This document shows positions 47,381 to 56,990 of a stretch of 64,000 bases of DNA, piece after piece; the first letter of the stretch is position 1, and each line of letters begins with the position of its first letter. A program made the translations under genes and the position numbers. The stretch lies in IMG/VR virus record IMGVR_UViG_3300043391_000853, positions 85,818 to 149,817 of that record, one strand, 5' to 3'. The notes below the pieces were generated by a model, which saw only the letters and a program-made list of their open reading frames with translations, had not been told where the DNA came from and made no database searches. This DNA comes from a virus. Taxonomy: Duplodnaviria > Caudoviricetes.

Positions 47381-48772
47381 TTAAGGGGCTACGTTAATAG
47401 TTAGAGAGCTTGAACCTGTTCCTCCTGCGTTGGTAGCACCGATAGTTACCGTGACTGCTCCAGGATCTGTAGGTGTTCCTAATAGTTCTCCGGTAGCAGT
47501 GTCTATATCCAACCATGTGGGTAGGTTGGTGGTGCTGTAAGCTGTGGGCGTATTAGATGCAGTGATCTGATATGTGAACAAAGAGCCTACAGTAGCACTG
47601 GCTGTAAGTAGGCTAGTAATTACTGGCGCAATCACGGCTGCAGCTGTCGTAATAGTTAGAGAGCTTGAACCTGTTCCTCCTGCGTTGGTAGCACTGATAT
47701 TTACTGAGGCTGTACCTGCTGAGGTAGGTGTTCCTGTGATTGCTCCTGTAGTGGTGTTGATACTGAGTCCTGACGGTAAGCCTGTAGCATTGTACGATGT
47801 AGGTGTATTAGATGCAGTGATCTGGTATGTGAACGCTGTGCCTGCAGTAGCACTAGCTGTAGGTGAACTGCTAATTACTGGAGCTACAACCACCAATATG
47901 GTGGTGATAACTAGCGAAGCTGTTGTTGTTCCTGCTGCATTAGTCGCTCTAATAGTTGTCGTAGTTATTGCGGCTGAGGTAGGTGTTCCTGTGATTGCTC
48001 CTGTAGTGGTGTTGATACTGAGTCCTGACGGTAAGCTTGTGGCACTATAGGCTGTAGGGGTATTGGTAGCTACAATCTGGTATGTGAACGCTGTGCCTAC
48101 GGTAGCACTAGCTGTGAGTAGGCTAGTAATTACAGGAGCTGCGATTGTCGTAATAACAATCGAAGCTGAGCCAGTGCCGGCAAGGTTAATTGCGCCGATA
48201 GTTACTGAGGCTGTACCTGCTGAGGTAGGTGTTCCTGTGATTGCTCCTGTGGTGGTGTTGAGTGTTAGCCCTGTAGGTAAATTTGTTGCCACGTACGATT
48301 CAGGCGCGTTGGACGCGACAATCTGGTATGTGAACGCTGTGCCTGCAGTAGCGCTAGCGGTGAGTAAGCTAGTAATTACAGGAGTAATAGGTGTGGTAGT
48401 TATAACATTGTAGATTTCCTCACCTGTAAATGTATCAGCCTTCATCCTGAGTGCTGTGAAGGCTCGAGCATAAGCTGCTTTAAACGCGGTCTGATATGCT
48501 TCTGCTTTTGTTTGAATGTTTGTGACAAACAGGGGAGATTTAGAATCAAACTCCTGAGTATATGGTAAGTCTGATTTAACTCGTATCCATTTATCTGGAA
48601 GAATGTAATCGTCCGGTGCGATACCGAAGGTTCCCCCTGCATTCAACTGAGGTTCTCCAAATTTACGTATCAGCTCCTTATCACTCTCAGGTAGAGTGGT
48701 TAAATCTATGGAAAACTGAATTTTCCAGACGTCGTTCTCAATCGTTCTTTTTATTTTTAGTGCGACAGGCAT
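47381..48772 (-). CDS. Ig-repeat (4x He_PIG) surface protein, possibly Hoc-like
   Basis: Unique N-domain of about 125 aa plus four PVITS..TASAT.GTAFTYQI.A.N.P..Y....LP.GL....TTGAITGTP repeats. Confidence 0.8.
   Translation of the reverse strand: MPVALKIKRTIENDVWKIQFSIDLTTLPESDKELIRKFGEPQLNAGGTFGIAPDDYILPDKWIRVKSDLPYTQEFDSKSPLFVTNIQTKAEAYQTAFKAAYARAFTALRMKADTFTGEEIYNVITTTPITPVITSLLTASATAGTAFTYQIVASNAPESYVATNLPTGLTLNTTTGAITGTPTSAGTASVTIGAINLAGTGSASIVITTIAAPVITSLLTASATVGTAFTYQIVATNTPTAYSATSLPSGLSINTTTGAITGTPTSAAITTTTIRATNAAGTTTASLVITTILVVVAPVISSSPTASATAGTAFTYQITASNTPTSYNATGLPSGLSINTTTGAITGTPTSAGTASVNISATNAGGTGSSSLTITTAAAVIAPVITSLLTASATVGSLFTYQITASNTPTAYSTTNLPTWLDIDTATGELLGTPTDPGAVTVTIGATNAGGTGSSSLTINVAP
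47384..48390. repeat. Four ~250-bp tandem Ig-domain repeats with identical DNA blocks
   Basis: 47718-47781 equals 47973-48036; 47395-47439 equals 47650-47694; 47701-47749 equals 48202-48250. Confidence 0.9.
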
Positions 48773-48777
48773 AGTAA

Positions 48778-50241
48778 TTATAATCTGAAGTTTTGATGTT
48801 CACCTTTATTAAATTCCATCGTGGCTACACGACGCTTTAACATTCCTGTATCCAGCTTAGTCATTAAATCTGCGTCAAACTTACTAAGTGCTTGAGTAGC
48901 CATCATGGCTCTCAACTCAGCTCTAACCACTTCTTTCTCTTTTGAGATCTCTGGAGACAGCCTCAATATTTGTTCAAACGCCCTGGCAACTTTGGCTGGG
49001 TTGTGCTTTGACAAGATGGGGTCCGTAATCATCAGCTCTTGCAATAGGAGTTTACGCTCCATATTATCAAGAGTCAGGTTGGGCTTGGCTGGAGGCTTTC
49101 TGAAAATGGATGAAAAGCTTTCCTTAAGAGGTTCTTGCAGTAAGTCGCTAAAAACTTTACCAAAACCAAAAGCTTCCTTCTCCATGGCTTGAGCTAGTAC
49201 AGGATCGCCTGCGTGCTTGGAGGCTAACGAGTACTCAGGATCTGAGGCTTTTTTTTTAATCTCTGCAATTACAGGATCTTCGCTTTCCTCGTCAGAGGAA
49301 GCTTCTGTTTTTTCGCTGTCGTGTGAACACTCGCAGTCTTTTTTAGCGCTATTAAGCGTGCAGCCGCAATTTGAACATTTCGCTGCAGATTGTTTCCCCA
49401 TTAGCTTGCACGTCTCTTTTAGGTAAGCGGTTTCGAAGTTTAAATCAGCTTGCACGTCTTCTGCTGTCTTTGCAGAGCTTAAGTAGAGTTCTGCCGCCTT
49501 CATCAAGTTGTCAAACATCAAGGCTTCCTTGCAGGAGTCGAACATCATATAAGCCGAGTCGTGTACGCCTCTCTCTTCCTTTTGACCAGATGACTTATAG
49601 AGTAAATCGATATAAGGCGTAGCTGCTTCTCCGTGTTTTGCAAAAACTTGAGACTCAAATTCTTCAAAAGATGTCCGGTAGCTCGCCTCTTTTTTAAACT
49701 CGTCAGCAAGTTCAGAGAACCTGTAGTTTAAATCTATCTCAGCTGCCACTTTATCTACTTCTGCTGCGTCTGCCTGCTTGTGCAGCTTCTGAACATAATT
49801 TGCAGACTTTTCATAAACTGTATTGAGTGTGGTAGAGAATGAGTCGTTGGTTTCTCTCGCCTCGTTAATCTCCAGAAAGGCTTTCTTGTATATAGGATTA
49901 CTAAGCATCCTATTATAGTTAAACACGGTCTCGTGAGCTTCGTTGCCTGAAAAATTGTCCGAAGCGTATTCTGCCGAGGTTTTCTCGGTACGAGAAAAAA
50001 CATCTTCAATCACTTGGGGAATGTCGGCGATTTCAAAGTCGACAGAGCGATCGGAGGCTGTCTTGAAATGTTTGTAGTGCAACGCAACATTTAAAGCTTC
50101 CCCAGTTCTCTGGATATAGTTTGGATTAAGATCCATTTCGCTAGCAACCTTACTGAGAGCGGCGGTCGGAGACAGCCCTTCGTTAACTCTTTGTACAGCT
50201 TCGCTGAGGGCGGATTTGATGAGAATATTTGGCTCGTCCAT
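48778..50241 (-). CDS. Putative head core protein, KxA-rich
   Basis: About 14 KxA motifs; CSNCGC...CEC cluster; helical. Confidence 0.55.
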   Translation of the reverse strand: MDEPNILIKSALSEAVQRVNEGLSPTAALSKVASEMDLNPNYIQRTGEALNVALHYKHFKTASDRSVDFEIADIPQVIEDVFSRTEKTSAEYASDNFSGNEAHETVFNYNRMLSNPIYKKAFLEINEARETNDSFSTTLNTVYEKSANYVQKLHKQADAAEVDKVAAEIDLNYRFSELADEFKKEASYRTSFEEFESQVFAKHGEAATPYIDLLYKSSGQKEERGVHDSAYMMFDSCKEALMFDNLMKAAELYLSSAKTAEDVQADLNFETAYLKETCKLMGKQSAAKCSNCGCTLNSAKKDCECSHDSEKTEASSDEESEDPVIAEIKKKASDPEYSLASKHAGDPVLAQAMEKEAFGFGKVFSDLLQEPLKESFSSIFRKPPAKPNLTLDNMERKLLLQELMITDPILSKHNPAKVARAFEQILRLSPEISKEKEVVRAELRAMMATQALSKFDADLMTKLDTGMLKRRVATMEFNKGEHQNFRL

Positions 50242-50254
50242 ATGATTACTTATA

Positions 50255-50283
50255 GTTATAGCACTCTTTGGTTATTATTTCAA
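50255..50283 (-). promoter_or_regulatory. Sigma70-like promoter (weaker match)
   Basis: TTGAAA-N17-TATAAC with TG extension. Confidence 0.4.
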
Positions 50284-51417
50284 TTCAGTAATTATCTTAT
50301 ATTCAGGTAAAACGTTTTCCTTTAATGCAAGCTGAGATATCAGCTCCATGGCGATGATGTCATCTTCCTGAAGATTGGCGTGATAATCGACACGGTCATT
50401 CACAATCCTGGCGGTACTGGCATCTAGATGTCTAACTTTTGATCTGTAGTAGTTAATCTCTTCTCTCTTAATGAAGAACGAGGCGAGATTATTAATTACG
50501 GAGTTATAGGCTAGAGCGTCCTTTTTATCCTCTATGGAGAAGTACAGGGATGTGACGTTGTCTACCATCGTGTCTGCCAGATAGGCATTAAGCCTGTCTT
50601 TTTCTTCCAGTGTTAGGCTTGAGGGATCTGCCTCAGCTTTCAGGCCAAGCTCTCCAAGCGAGCCTATAATTTTAAAGTACCTACGATCTACATCACTGAT
50701 TATTTGATTGTCCGTCAATTGGGTAAAGTACGCTGCTCGTGCAACTACATCTGTCGGAGCGTTGGTAAAGTCAAAAAACAGTTCTCTCAATGCTCTAACT
50801 TGAGATCTATGTAGCTTATGCCTATACGCTATCGTGGTGTCACTCAGTCCTGCAAAAATACTATAACCTATCACGCAAAAATTACGCTGATGCTCTTTCG
50901 AGTTTCTGAATTTAACTGCGAAATCATAGTCTTTATTGTGCTTTATTTTAGCTACATGGTATAAGAACTCCCGCAATGGTTGGTCTGTTATCAGCTTAAT
51001 GTACTTTGCACTCCAAACCTCCACCTTCTCTTCCTTGTAGGACGGCGTGAATATTTTCTTGTCGTTTTGTTTTTTAAGTTTTTTATTAAACAGTTTAAAA
51101 AACAAGTCTTTTTCTTCCAGATCCAGGGAACTCAAGACCTTCAATAAGAATGGGGTGAAGGTGAACTGCACAGCTGCACCGTCTGCTATTTCTTTGTGCT
51201 CTTGCATGTAGCGCGCAAGAGCGGAATCCCCATCCTTCAATTTTCTTCTGCAGTGGGCCAAATTGGCGCGGTTAGGCTCCAGATATACAAGGTATCTCCA
51301 GTTAGGAAAATTGTAAAATGAACCTACTTGGTTAAGCCTGATTGGTGCGTCTTGCTTCTTGATCATCTGCCGGTAATTGCTTGGTAAGTCCTCCTGCAAG
51401 AGCGCCTGCTCCTGCAC
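50275..51417 (-). CDS. Hypothetical protein (true start may be ATG at 51366)
   Basis: Long ORF in the head module; no family recognised. Confidence 0.55.
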   Translation of the reverse strand: MQEQALLQEDLPSNYRQMIKKQDAPIRLNQVGSFYNFPNWRYLVYLEPNRANLAHCRRKLKDGDSALARYMQEHKEIADGAAVQFTFTPFLLKVLSSLDLEEKDLFFKLFNKKLKKQNDKKIFTPSYKEEKVEVWSAKYIKLITDQPLREFLYHVAKIKHNKDYDFAVKFRNSKEHQRNFCVIGYSIFAGLSDTTIAYRHKLHRSQVRALRELFFDFTNAPTDVVARAAYFTQLTDNQIISDVDRRYFKIIGSLGELGLKAEADPSSLTLEEKDRLNAYLADTMVDNVTSLYFSIEDKKDALAYNSVINNLASFFIKREEINYYRSKVRHLDASTARIVNDRVDYHANLQEDDIIAMELISQLALKENVLPEYKIITELK

Positions 51418-52393
51418 CCCACTTTCCTGCAGTCATTAGGTCTTTTTTCAGGTTAGCTGTGAAAGCCTCCCTCACACCCGCCAGGGTTTTGGAGGGTTGC
51501 AGTTTATCTAAACCCATATATCTCCCTGCTCCTGCAAGTGCTCCTTTCCCTCGACTCATTTTATTCCAAAGGGCGGCACCGGCATTTGCTCCTACATTGC
51601 CTAGCATTGTTCCAGCGGCGTTCATTACTGAAGGAAAAACTCCCCCTTCAACCCCTAGGGCTAAACCTACCCCTGCTCCGCCAGCTATGTTTTTTAATTT
51701 TCTAATTGCGGCTGAGTCGTTGCTCGCCTCATCTCTCCGCATACTCATCATCTCTGCAACAGGAAGACCTGTTAGCTGAGGTTGTTCTTCCATAACCTTT
51801 CTTGCATCCTCTAGAGATTTATCAGATATATGATAGCTGTGCGCCGATAGTGGTACAGCTCCTCCGTGTAATCCTGCCAAAGTAGTACCCATAGCTCCTT
51901 CAAGTAAGGAATCTTTCAGGAAGTGTTTGGCTGTATCCTTAGAGGAAAATATGTGCTTTATAGTATTAACAGGGTCTATAGGTAGCTGGAACTTGGTTTT
52001 CCCGTTAGGTAGTGTTTTCTTCAGCCCCCTCATCCCTAAAGAATGTACGATACCTGCTATGAGTGTGGCTGGTAATGCTGCAGATGCGGCAGCACTGCCT
52101 GCGCTAGATAATACTTCCGGTATGATCGATTTCTTGGAGTTGGTGGTACTTTTTATTTTATCTATCGCCGTCTGTATTTGCTTTTTCCGTTCTTCAGGAT
52201 CCTTGGATATGATCACCTGACTAGGTAGTACGTTTTTGAATATGGGCGCTACAGCTCTTGCGGCACCAGGCAAGTCTTCGACAACGTCTGACCAACTCAA
52301 CTCCTTAGGCTTAGACAGGAGTATGTTTTCCCGAATAAGCCTAAGGGCGGCTAGTCTATTTACATATGAGTTATCTTGTTCTTCTGCTGGCAT
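51332..52393 (-). CDS. Putative internal/ejection protein with glycine-zipper segments
   Basis: GAMGTTLAGLHGGA, GGAGVGLALGVEGG, GKWGAGAGALAGG. Confidence 0.5.
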   Translation of the reverse strand: MPAEEQDNSYVNRLAALRLIRENILLSKPKELSWSDVVEDLPGAARAVAPIFKNVLPSQVIISKDPEERKKQIQTAIDKIKSTTNSKKSIIPEVLSSAGSAAASAALPATLIAGIVHSLGMRGLKKTLPNGKTKFQLPIDPVNTIKHIFSSKDTAKHFLKDSLLEGAMGTTLAGLHGGAVPLSAHSYHISDKSLEDARKVMEEQPQLTGLPVAEMMSMRRDEASNDSAAIRKLKNIAGGAGVGLALGVEGGVFPSVMNAAGTMLGNVGANAGAALWNKMSRGKGALAGAGRYMGLDKLQPSKTLAGVREAFTANLKKDLMTAGKWGAGAGALAGGLTKQLPADDQEARRTNQA

Positions 52394-52402
52394 AAAATAA
52401 CA

Positions 52403-54661
52403 TTATAAATCCATGCCGTCACCTCTGCTCATATTGATGGATAATTCTGGAGACTTACGCTTAAGGAAGATTATAAGATCTCCAATATTCTTCAAGACGT
52501 TCGTTACCAGCTCTACCAGCTCAGGCAAATCTCCTCTACCGTACATCTCCTTAAACTTGTCTGTTTCCCAATGCAATAAAAACAGAATTCTGCCAAGTCG
52601 ATCCATAGCCTCGACCATAGACGGCAAATACTCGGATACCTTGTCGCCTACCGACACATACTTAGCCAAAGCTCCAATCATCTGCGTGTCGAAGATCTCT
52701 TTCTGTCCGTTCTGAGCCATGCGTACAGCGTCGTTAACATATTTGGGGTCGACTCCCTTAATTTCAGGCATCGTACCCAAGTCTTGACGAGTCGGGTTTC
52801 CTGTATAGCTATCCATGGTAGGTAGCGAGTTTTCTTGCCCTATACCTGCACTGGTGGACTGTCCAAACTCGTTAGTGTACGGCTGCTCCTCAAAGGGTTG
52901 AGGATATATGTCTCCGGTATAAGCCAATTTAACGTGACCTTTTTTTGAGAAGCCGGGGACAAGGCTATCGATGAGTGATGCCCCTTCTTTTTCGTCTAGC
53001 CCGATATCCGTAACCATCGCAATCTTGGCTTGAAGAGGGTCGTCGTATCTCTTCTTTGCTCCGTCTATATCAACGAAGTACTCACTACCGTTGGTGTGTA
53101 CAGTCATTGGGAAAATATTCTTATCTCTCAACATCCCGTGCAAGGTGCTTGGATACCCTGGTTCGCCTTTCACGAGTCTTTCTTTTTCCTCTTCAGCGTC
53201 GCGCTTCCGCTTGTCTACGTCTTCCTTCTCTTGTCTTGTAGACTTCGGGGAATTAAACGGATATAAAGGCATTTCGCAACGAAGATGAGACGCTGGAGAA
53301 ATCTTTAGTAGTTTATACCCGGCAGGTACATAAATCATCTTGTCCTTGTACTCAAGACGATCGCCCTGCTTCTTGGTCATCACCAGAATGACTTCCTGCA
53401 TTTTTTTAGGGTGATCGTAAAAGTTGCCTCTAGGTAGATCATGCACGCTTCCTGGCCTATCCCACTTACCTCCCATGTCACCTCTATCTTTCCAGTTGGC
53501 TTCAGTATAGGGCTCTACACTAATCCTACGAATACCTGAAGCATCCTTAAAATTGGCATTGATCCTAAATGGCTGCGTAGCTTTTAAGTTTTCATTGATC
53601 AATATGTACGTATTAGTGTACCCAGGCTTACCTTCGGCGGCATCTACCATCATCTTGTGGATGGTGGAGTAATCTTGTACCTTAATCTGGTCTTTAACAA
53701 AAACACCTTTATGGTCTTTGATGTAAGTTGTGCCGTCCTTAGAGTCGAGGTCGACAACTAGAGTGTCGTCTGTTGCAAAATCTTGCTGCAATTGCTTCGG
53801 TCTTACGAGCAATAGACCGTAGCGCAATCCTCCTAATCTCGTCACATAAGAATAGAAGCCTGACTCAGCAGGATTTATAAATTTCTTGAGATAGTCTACA
53901 GCACCAAAAGTCGACTTCTGGTCTGGTGCTCGATCGTCTACGATTACATAGCCTTGAGTTAGTAATGTTTCTTTGTCAGATTGGTTAAGCTTTTTGGCTT
54001 CTTCCTTGTCTGAGGTTTTCACTACCTTGACTAGATTTATCTTTTTTGTGGCTTTATCGGACTTGCGATACTTATCCCCGTCTTCAAGAGTAATGGCCTC
54101 GGCCACTTTTTCCATGGGGTAGAAACGTAGAACGGACTCGCAAAATTCTGAGTTTTTTTCAAGTAGGTCTGTAAAAGCCTGCTTTGTTACGTTGTCTGAT
54201 TCTTTGACGTAATCAATCACCGAGGCTATCGCATACCTTCCTGTTCTAGGAGGTACACTCATTTGCCGGTAATCTCCCTGGGTAGCATCCCGTAAAATAT
54301 CTGTTCTGCTTTCTTTGGAGTTTTCACCCAAACCTAAGAGTTCATCTTTAATAAACATCTCAGCAAAATCCTCGTTAAGAGGGTAAAACTGTTCGTTGTT
54401 CTTACTATAGAGCAAGTCTAGGTTTTTAACTTTACCGTTAATAAAAAAAGCAGGAACAAAGAGAATTTGTCCGCTCCTGGACCTAAAACCAAACACACCC
54501 AGAGCTTTCGTATTATCCTCATTCTTTTTTACAATTTCAAACCCTACCAGATAAGGAATTAAGTTTTTTAAAGTGTCCTGTAGTCGCTGATAAGCCAACT
54601 GAAAGAACGCTCCTTCAATTTGGTCGTCTGCCGCTTGTTTGGGTAAGAATGTATTGCGCAT
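52403..54661 (-). CDS. Large hypothetical head-module protein
   Basis: 752 aa, starts FLPKQAADD; also KQA, KVA, KIA, KLA sites; own promoter. Confidence 0.55.
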   Translation of the reverse strand: MRNTFLPKQAADDQIEGAFFQLAYQRLQDTLKNLIPYLVGFEIVKKNEDNTKALGVFGFRSRSGQILFVPAFFINGKVKNLDLLYSKNNEQFYPLNEDFAEMFIKDELLGLGENSKESRTDILRDATQGDYRQMSVPPRTGRYAIASVIDYVKESDNVTKQAFTDLLEKNSEFCESVLRFYPMEKVAEAITLEDGDKYRKSDKATKKINLVKVVKTSDKEEAKKLNQSDKETLLTQGYVIVDDRAPDQKSTFGAVDYLKKFINPAESGFYSYVTRLGGLRYGLLLVRPKQLQQDFATDDTLVVDLDSKDGTTYIKDHKGVFVKDQIKVQDYSTIHKMMVDAAEGKPGYTNTYILINENLKATQPFRINANFKDASGIRRISVEPYTEANWKDRGDMGGKWDRPGSVHDLPRGNFYDHPKKMQEVILVMTKKQGDRLEYKDKMIYVPAGYKLLKISPASHLRCEMPLYPFNSPKSTRQEKEDVDKRKRDAEEEKERLVKGEPGYPSTLHGMLRDKNIFPMTVHTNGSEYFVDIDGAKKRYDDPLQAKIAMVTDIGLDEKEGASLIDSLVPGFSKKGHVKLAYTGDIYPQPFEEQPYTNEFGQSTSAGIGQENSLPTMDSYTGNPTRQDLGTMPEIKGVDPKYVNDAVRMAQNGQKEIFDTQMIGALAKYVSVGDKVSEYLPSMVEAMDRLGRILFLLHWETDKFKEMYGRGDLPELVELVTNVLKNIGDLIIFLKRKSPELSINMSRGDGMDL

Positions 54662-54684
54662 AATATTTATCTGCTATTTACTTC

Positions 54685-54713
54685 ATTTTATAAATTTTTT
54701 TCTTGTATATCAA
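54685..54713 (-). promoter_or_regulatory. Sigma70-like promoter
   Basis: TTGATA-N17-TAAAAT. Confidence 0.7.
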
Positions 54714-54726
54714 GAACCATCTCAGA

Positions 54727-56577
54727 TTAACTCTTTTCTCCGAAGCCTACACCGTAGGCTAGCCCTGGGATAGGGCTTGGTCCCTTTACATCTGAGGTCG
54801 CGCCTTTGTTAACCATATTTACAAACCTCTTGGCTAAATTGGTGCTGTTTAGTACATGCATCCAATCATCGTGATGTTCAGGAATGTCTACCAACCTAAC
54901 CATCACAGGCTCGAAGTTGGGAGGGTTATCGTGAACCAGTATCGACTCTATTCCATGTTCTTTCAGCTCATTTATAACTGCCGAGGTCACTTTCGTACCT
55001 ATTGTATAGTGCAGCTCTGTACGCTCCAGGTACTTCCCGTAAGCCAAGTCTAGGCGTAACTCCTTTGCTGCAGCTCTTGGGGTGTAATCCTTCTCTATAG
55101 CAGAGTATGACACTATTTGGTCGTGTGTATAATCTCCTAGACCTTCAGGGTCAGTAATTTTGACGTGATCTATTGCAGCTTTAGCGATAAGTTCAAAATT
55201 TCTTCTATTCACAGGAAGACCACTGTCGTCGAAGGCTTTTTTCATCGCCTGCATATAGTACTTCCTACCTTCTCCGATTCCTTTATATTTAACTACTTCT
55301 CTCGGATCCACCAAACCAGAACTAAGAGTCTGTCCTTGTTCGACCCTATCGCCTAGTTTCACGCCAGGTTCTTGCTCAATACCGATGTAGTGCTCTGTGT
55401 TGTTTACGGAGATGAAGTGTCCTCCTGCAGAGGCAGGCTCTAACTTTGTTATAAATCCGTCCTCCTGAGCTAGAGGGGCTCTACCTATAAAGGTTTTCGG
55501 TATGTTCGCCAGCTGATTAATCAGCTTGAATCCTTGCTGTCCTCCTAATGATGTTGCTGCTCCGCCTGAGTGTCTAGCCTTCATCGCGCTTTCCGTGAGC
55601 GGCTCTGCTACCGCTGTGCCTGCGACTAAGCCTATATAACTATCCATTGCAGCCATACCCTTTTCGCGGCGACCCACACACATCTGACAAAGACCTCCAG
55701 CATGGTGTTTCTTGTTAGACTGGCAGGTCATTGGGGACCTTATCATGATCTGCGTTATGTTTTTGCTAGCTAGATCGTTTAGCATTTTAGCAGAAACTTC
55801 GTTGTTCCTGTTGTAGCCTGCAACTGCTTTAGCCAGGAACGCCCCAATAGACTCTCTGTCTTTCACATCCAAGGTTATCCCGTTGAGTGTTTCGCAGTCG
55901 GATTCTATAATCTGCAGAGGCATCAAAGCTCTGGCGAACTGCTTCGACCCATAACCTCCTTGAGCTACCGATATTTTTTTAAGTACTTCTCCTGACCTGG
56001 TACCGAAAGAGGTGGCTAAGTACTCAGGCAACGTTAGACCTTCGGCATAAGAACTCTTGATGGGGATATCCATTTTAGGTTTCCCTTCCGCATCAACCAC
56101 AAATCCCTGAGTAGTTATAGTTCCTCTATATTGTGCAGGTGTCCCTCTAGAGCCGGCTAGAATAATTTTGGCTAGCGATTTATTTTGCTTTAACCCCTCA
56201 CCTAGAATTTCTTTCTCTATCAAAGACATCATGTCGTTGTAGTTATCGAAAATCTTTTTATCTTTAACTCCTTGAGTGTCGCTACCCTTTTCGACGGTTA
56301 CTTTAAAGCTCTCAAATTTATTCCAGAGCTTATCTTTATCTATAGGAGAAACCAGATCCTTGAGCGTTAGTGACGTCCCCTGTCTTGTAGCTACTTCGAA
56401 GCCTACCTTGGTGAGGTCGGATACTATCTGTGCGTAGTGCTCGGGAGCCTTCTCTGAAAGCTCAGCAAAAAGCTTGGCTATGCCCTTTTTGTCTAGAGTG
56501 ACATCTTCAACCAAAGCATGAAATTGTACGGGAGTAAAAAACTTTAATAACACCCGACCTACGGTGGTTATAGCCAT
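54727..56577 (-). CDS. rpoC: Phage multisubunit RNA polymerase, beta' C-terminal half
   Basis: TTVGR, AGSRG, PIKSSYAEGLTLPEY, bridge helix GTRSG...GGY, DCET and RSPMTC...LCQMC Zn site, trigger loop AEPLTESAMKARHSGG. Confidence 0.92.
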   Translation of the reverse strand: MAITTVGRVLLKFFTPVQFHALVEDVTLDKKGIAKLFAELSEKAPEHYAQIVSDLTKVGFEVATRQGTSLTLKDLVSPIDKDKLWNKFESFKVTVEKGSDTQGVKDKKIFDNYNDMMSLIEKEILGEGLKQNKSLAKIILAGSRGTPAQYRGTITTQGFVVDAEGKPKMDIPIKSSYAEGLTLPEYLATSFGTRSGEVLKKISVAQGGYGSKQFARALMPLQIIESDCETLNGITLDVKDRESIGAFLAKAVAGYNRNNEVSAKMLNDLASKNITQIMIRSPMTCQSNKKHHAGGLCQMCVGRREKGMAAMDSYIGLVAGTAVAEPLTESAMKARHSGGAATSLGGQQGFKLINQLANIPKTFIGRAPLAQEDGFITKLEPASAGGHFISVNNTEHYIGIEQEPGVKLGDRVEQGQTLSSGLVDPREVVKYKGIGEGRKYYMQAMKKAFDDSGLPVNRRNFELIAKAAIDHVKITDPEGLGDYTHDQIVSYSAIEKDYTPRAAAKELRLDLAYGKYLERTELHYTIGTKVTSAVINELKEHGIESILVHDNPPNFEPVMVRLVDIPEHHDDWMHVLNSTNLAKRFVNMVNKGATSDVKGPSPIPGLAYGVGFGEKS

Positions 56578-56978
56578 TATTTTTTAAGTTTTTTGATTAA
56601 GAGCTCGTAAAATGATGCCTGCTTTTGGTTTTGAGCATTATCACCAAACGACTGGGTCGTGGCCATATTCATATTCTTGTCCTTGGACCTTCCTGGAAGG
56701 AGCACATCCTCCTTTTCTTCTTCCAGCTTATTCATCACATCAAGCTCTTTAAACGCTCCTTCCATTATATCGCCTTCGGTATTGCTCTGCGTTTGCTGCT
56801 TCGAAGTGGACATGGTGACATCAGTGTCTTCCAGGTTTTCTTCTTCTCCGTTGTTTACGGTTGCTGTATCATTTAGATCTTGAGCAATCTTTCTTTTGAT
56901 GTAGCAGGCCAAGTCGTAGCTTTTCTCTCCTTTTTCAAAAGAGTTTAAATAAGCTGCAAGTTTTGTGAACTGTCCCAT
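56577..56978 (-). CDS. Acidic hypothetical protein with KxA motifs
   Basis: TKLAA, RKIAQ, QKQAS; TAATG coupling to the beta' C-half gene. Confidence 0.6.
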   Translation of the reverse strand: MGQFTKLAAYLNSFEKGEKSYDLACYIKRKIAQDLNDTATVNNGEEENLEDTDVTMSTSKQQTQSNTEGDIMEGAFKELDVMNKLEEEKEDVLLPGRSKDKNMNMATTQSFGDNAQNQKQASFYELLIKKLKK

Positions 56979-56990
56979 ATTATGTATAAA

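Noticed and set aside
50275-54661. Portal or terminase assignment
   Set aside because: No Walker/nuclease motifs or recognisable portal signature; left as hypothetical pending HHpred.
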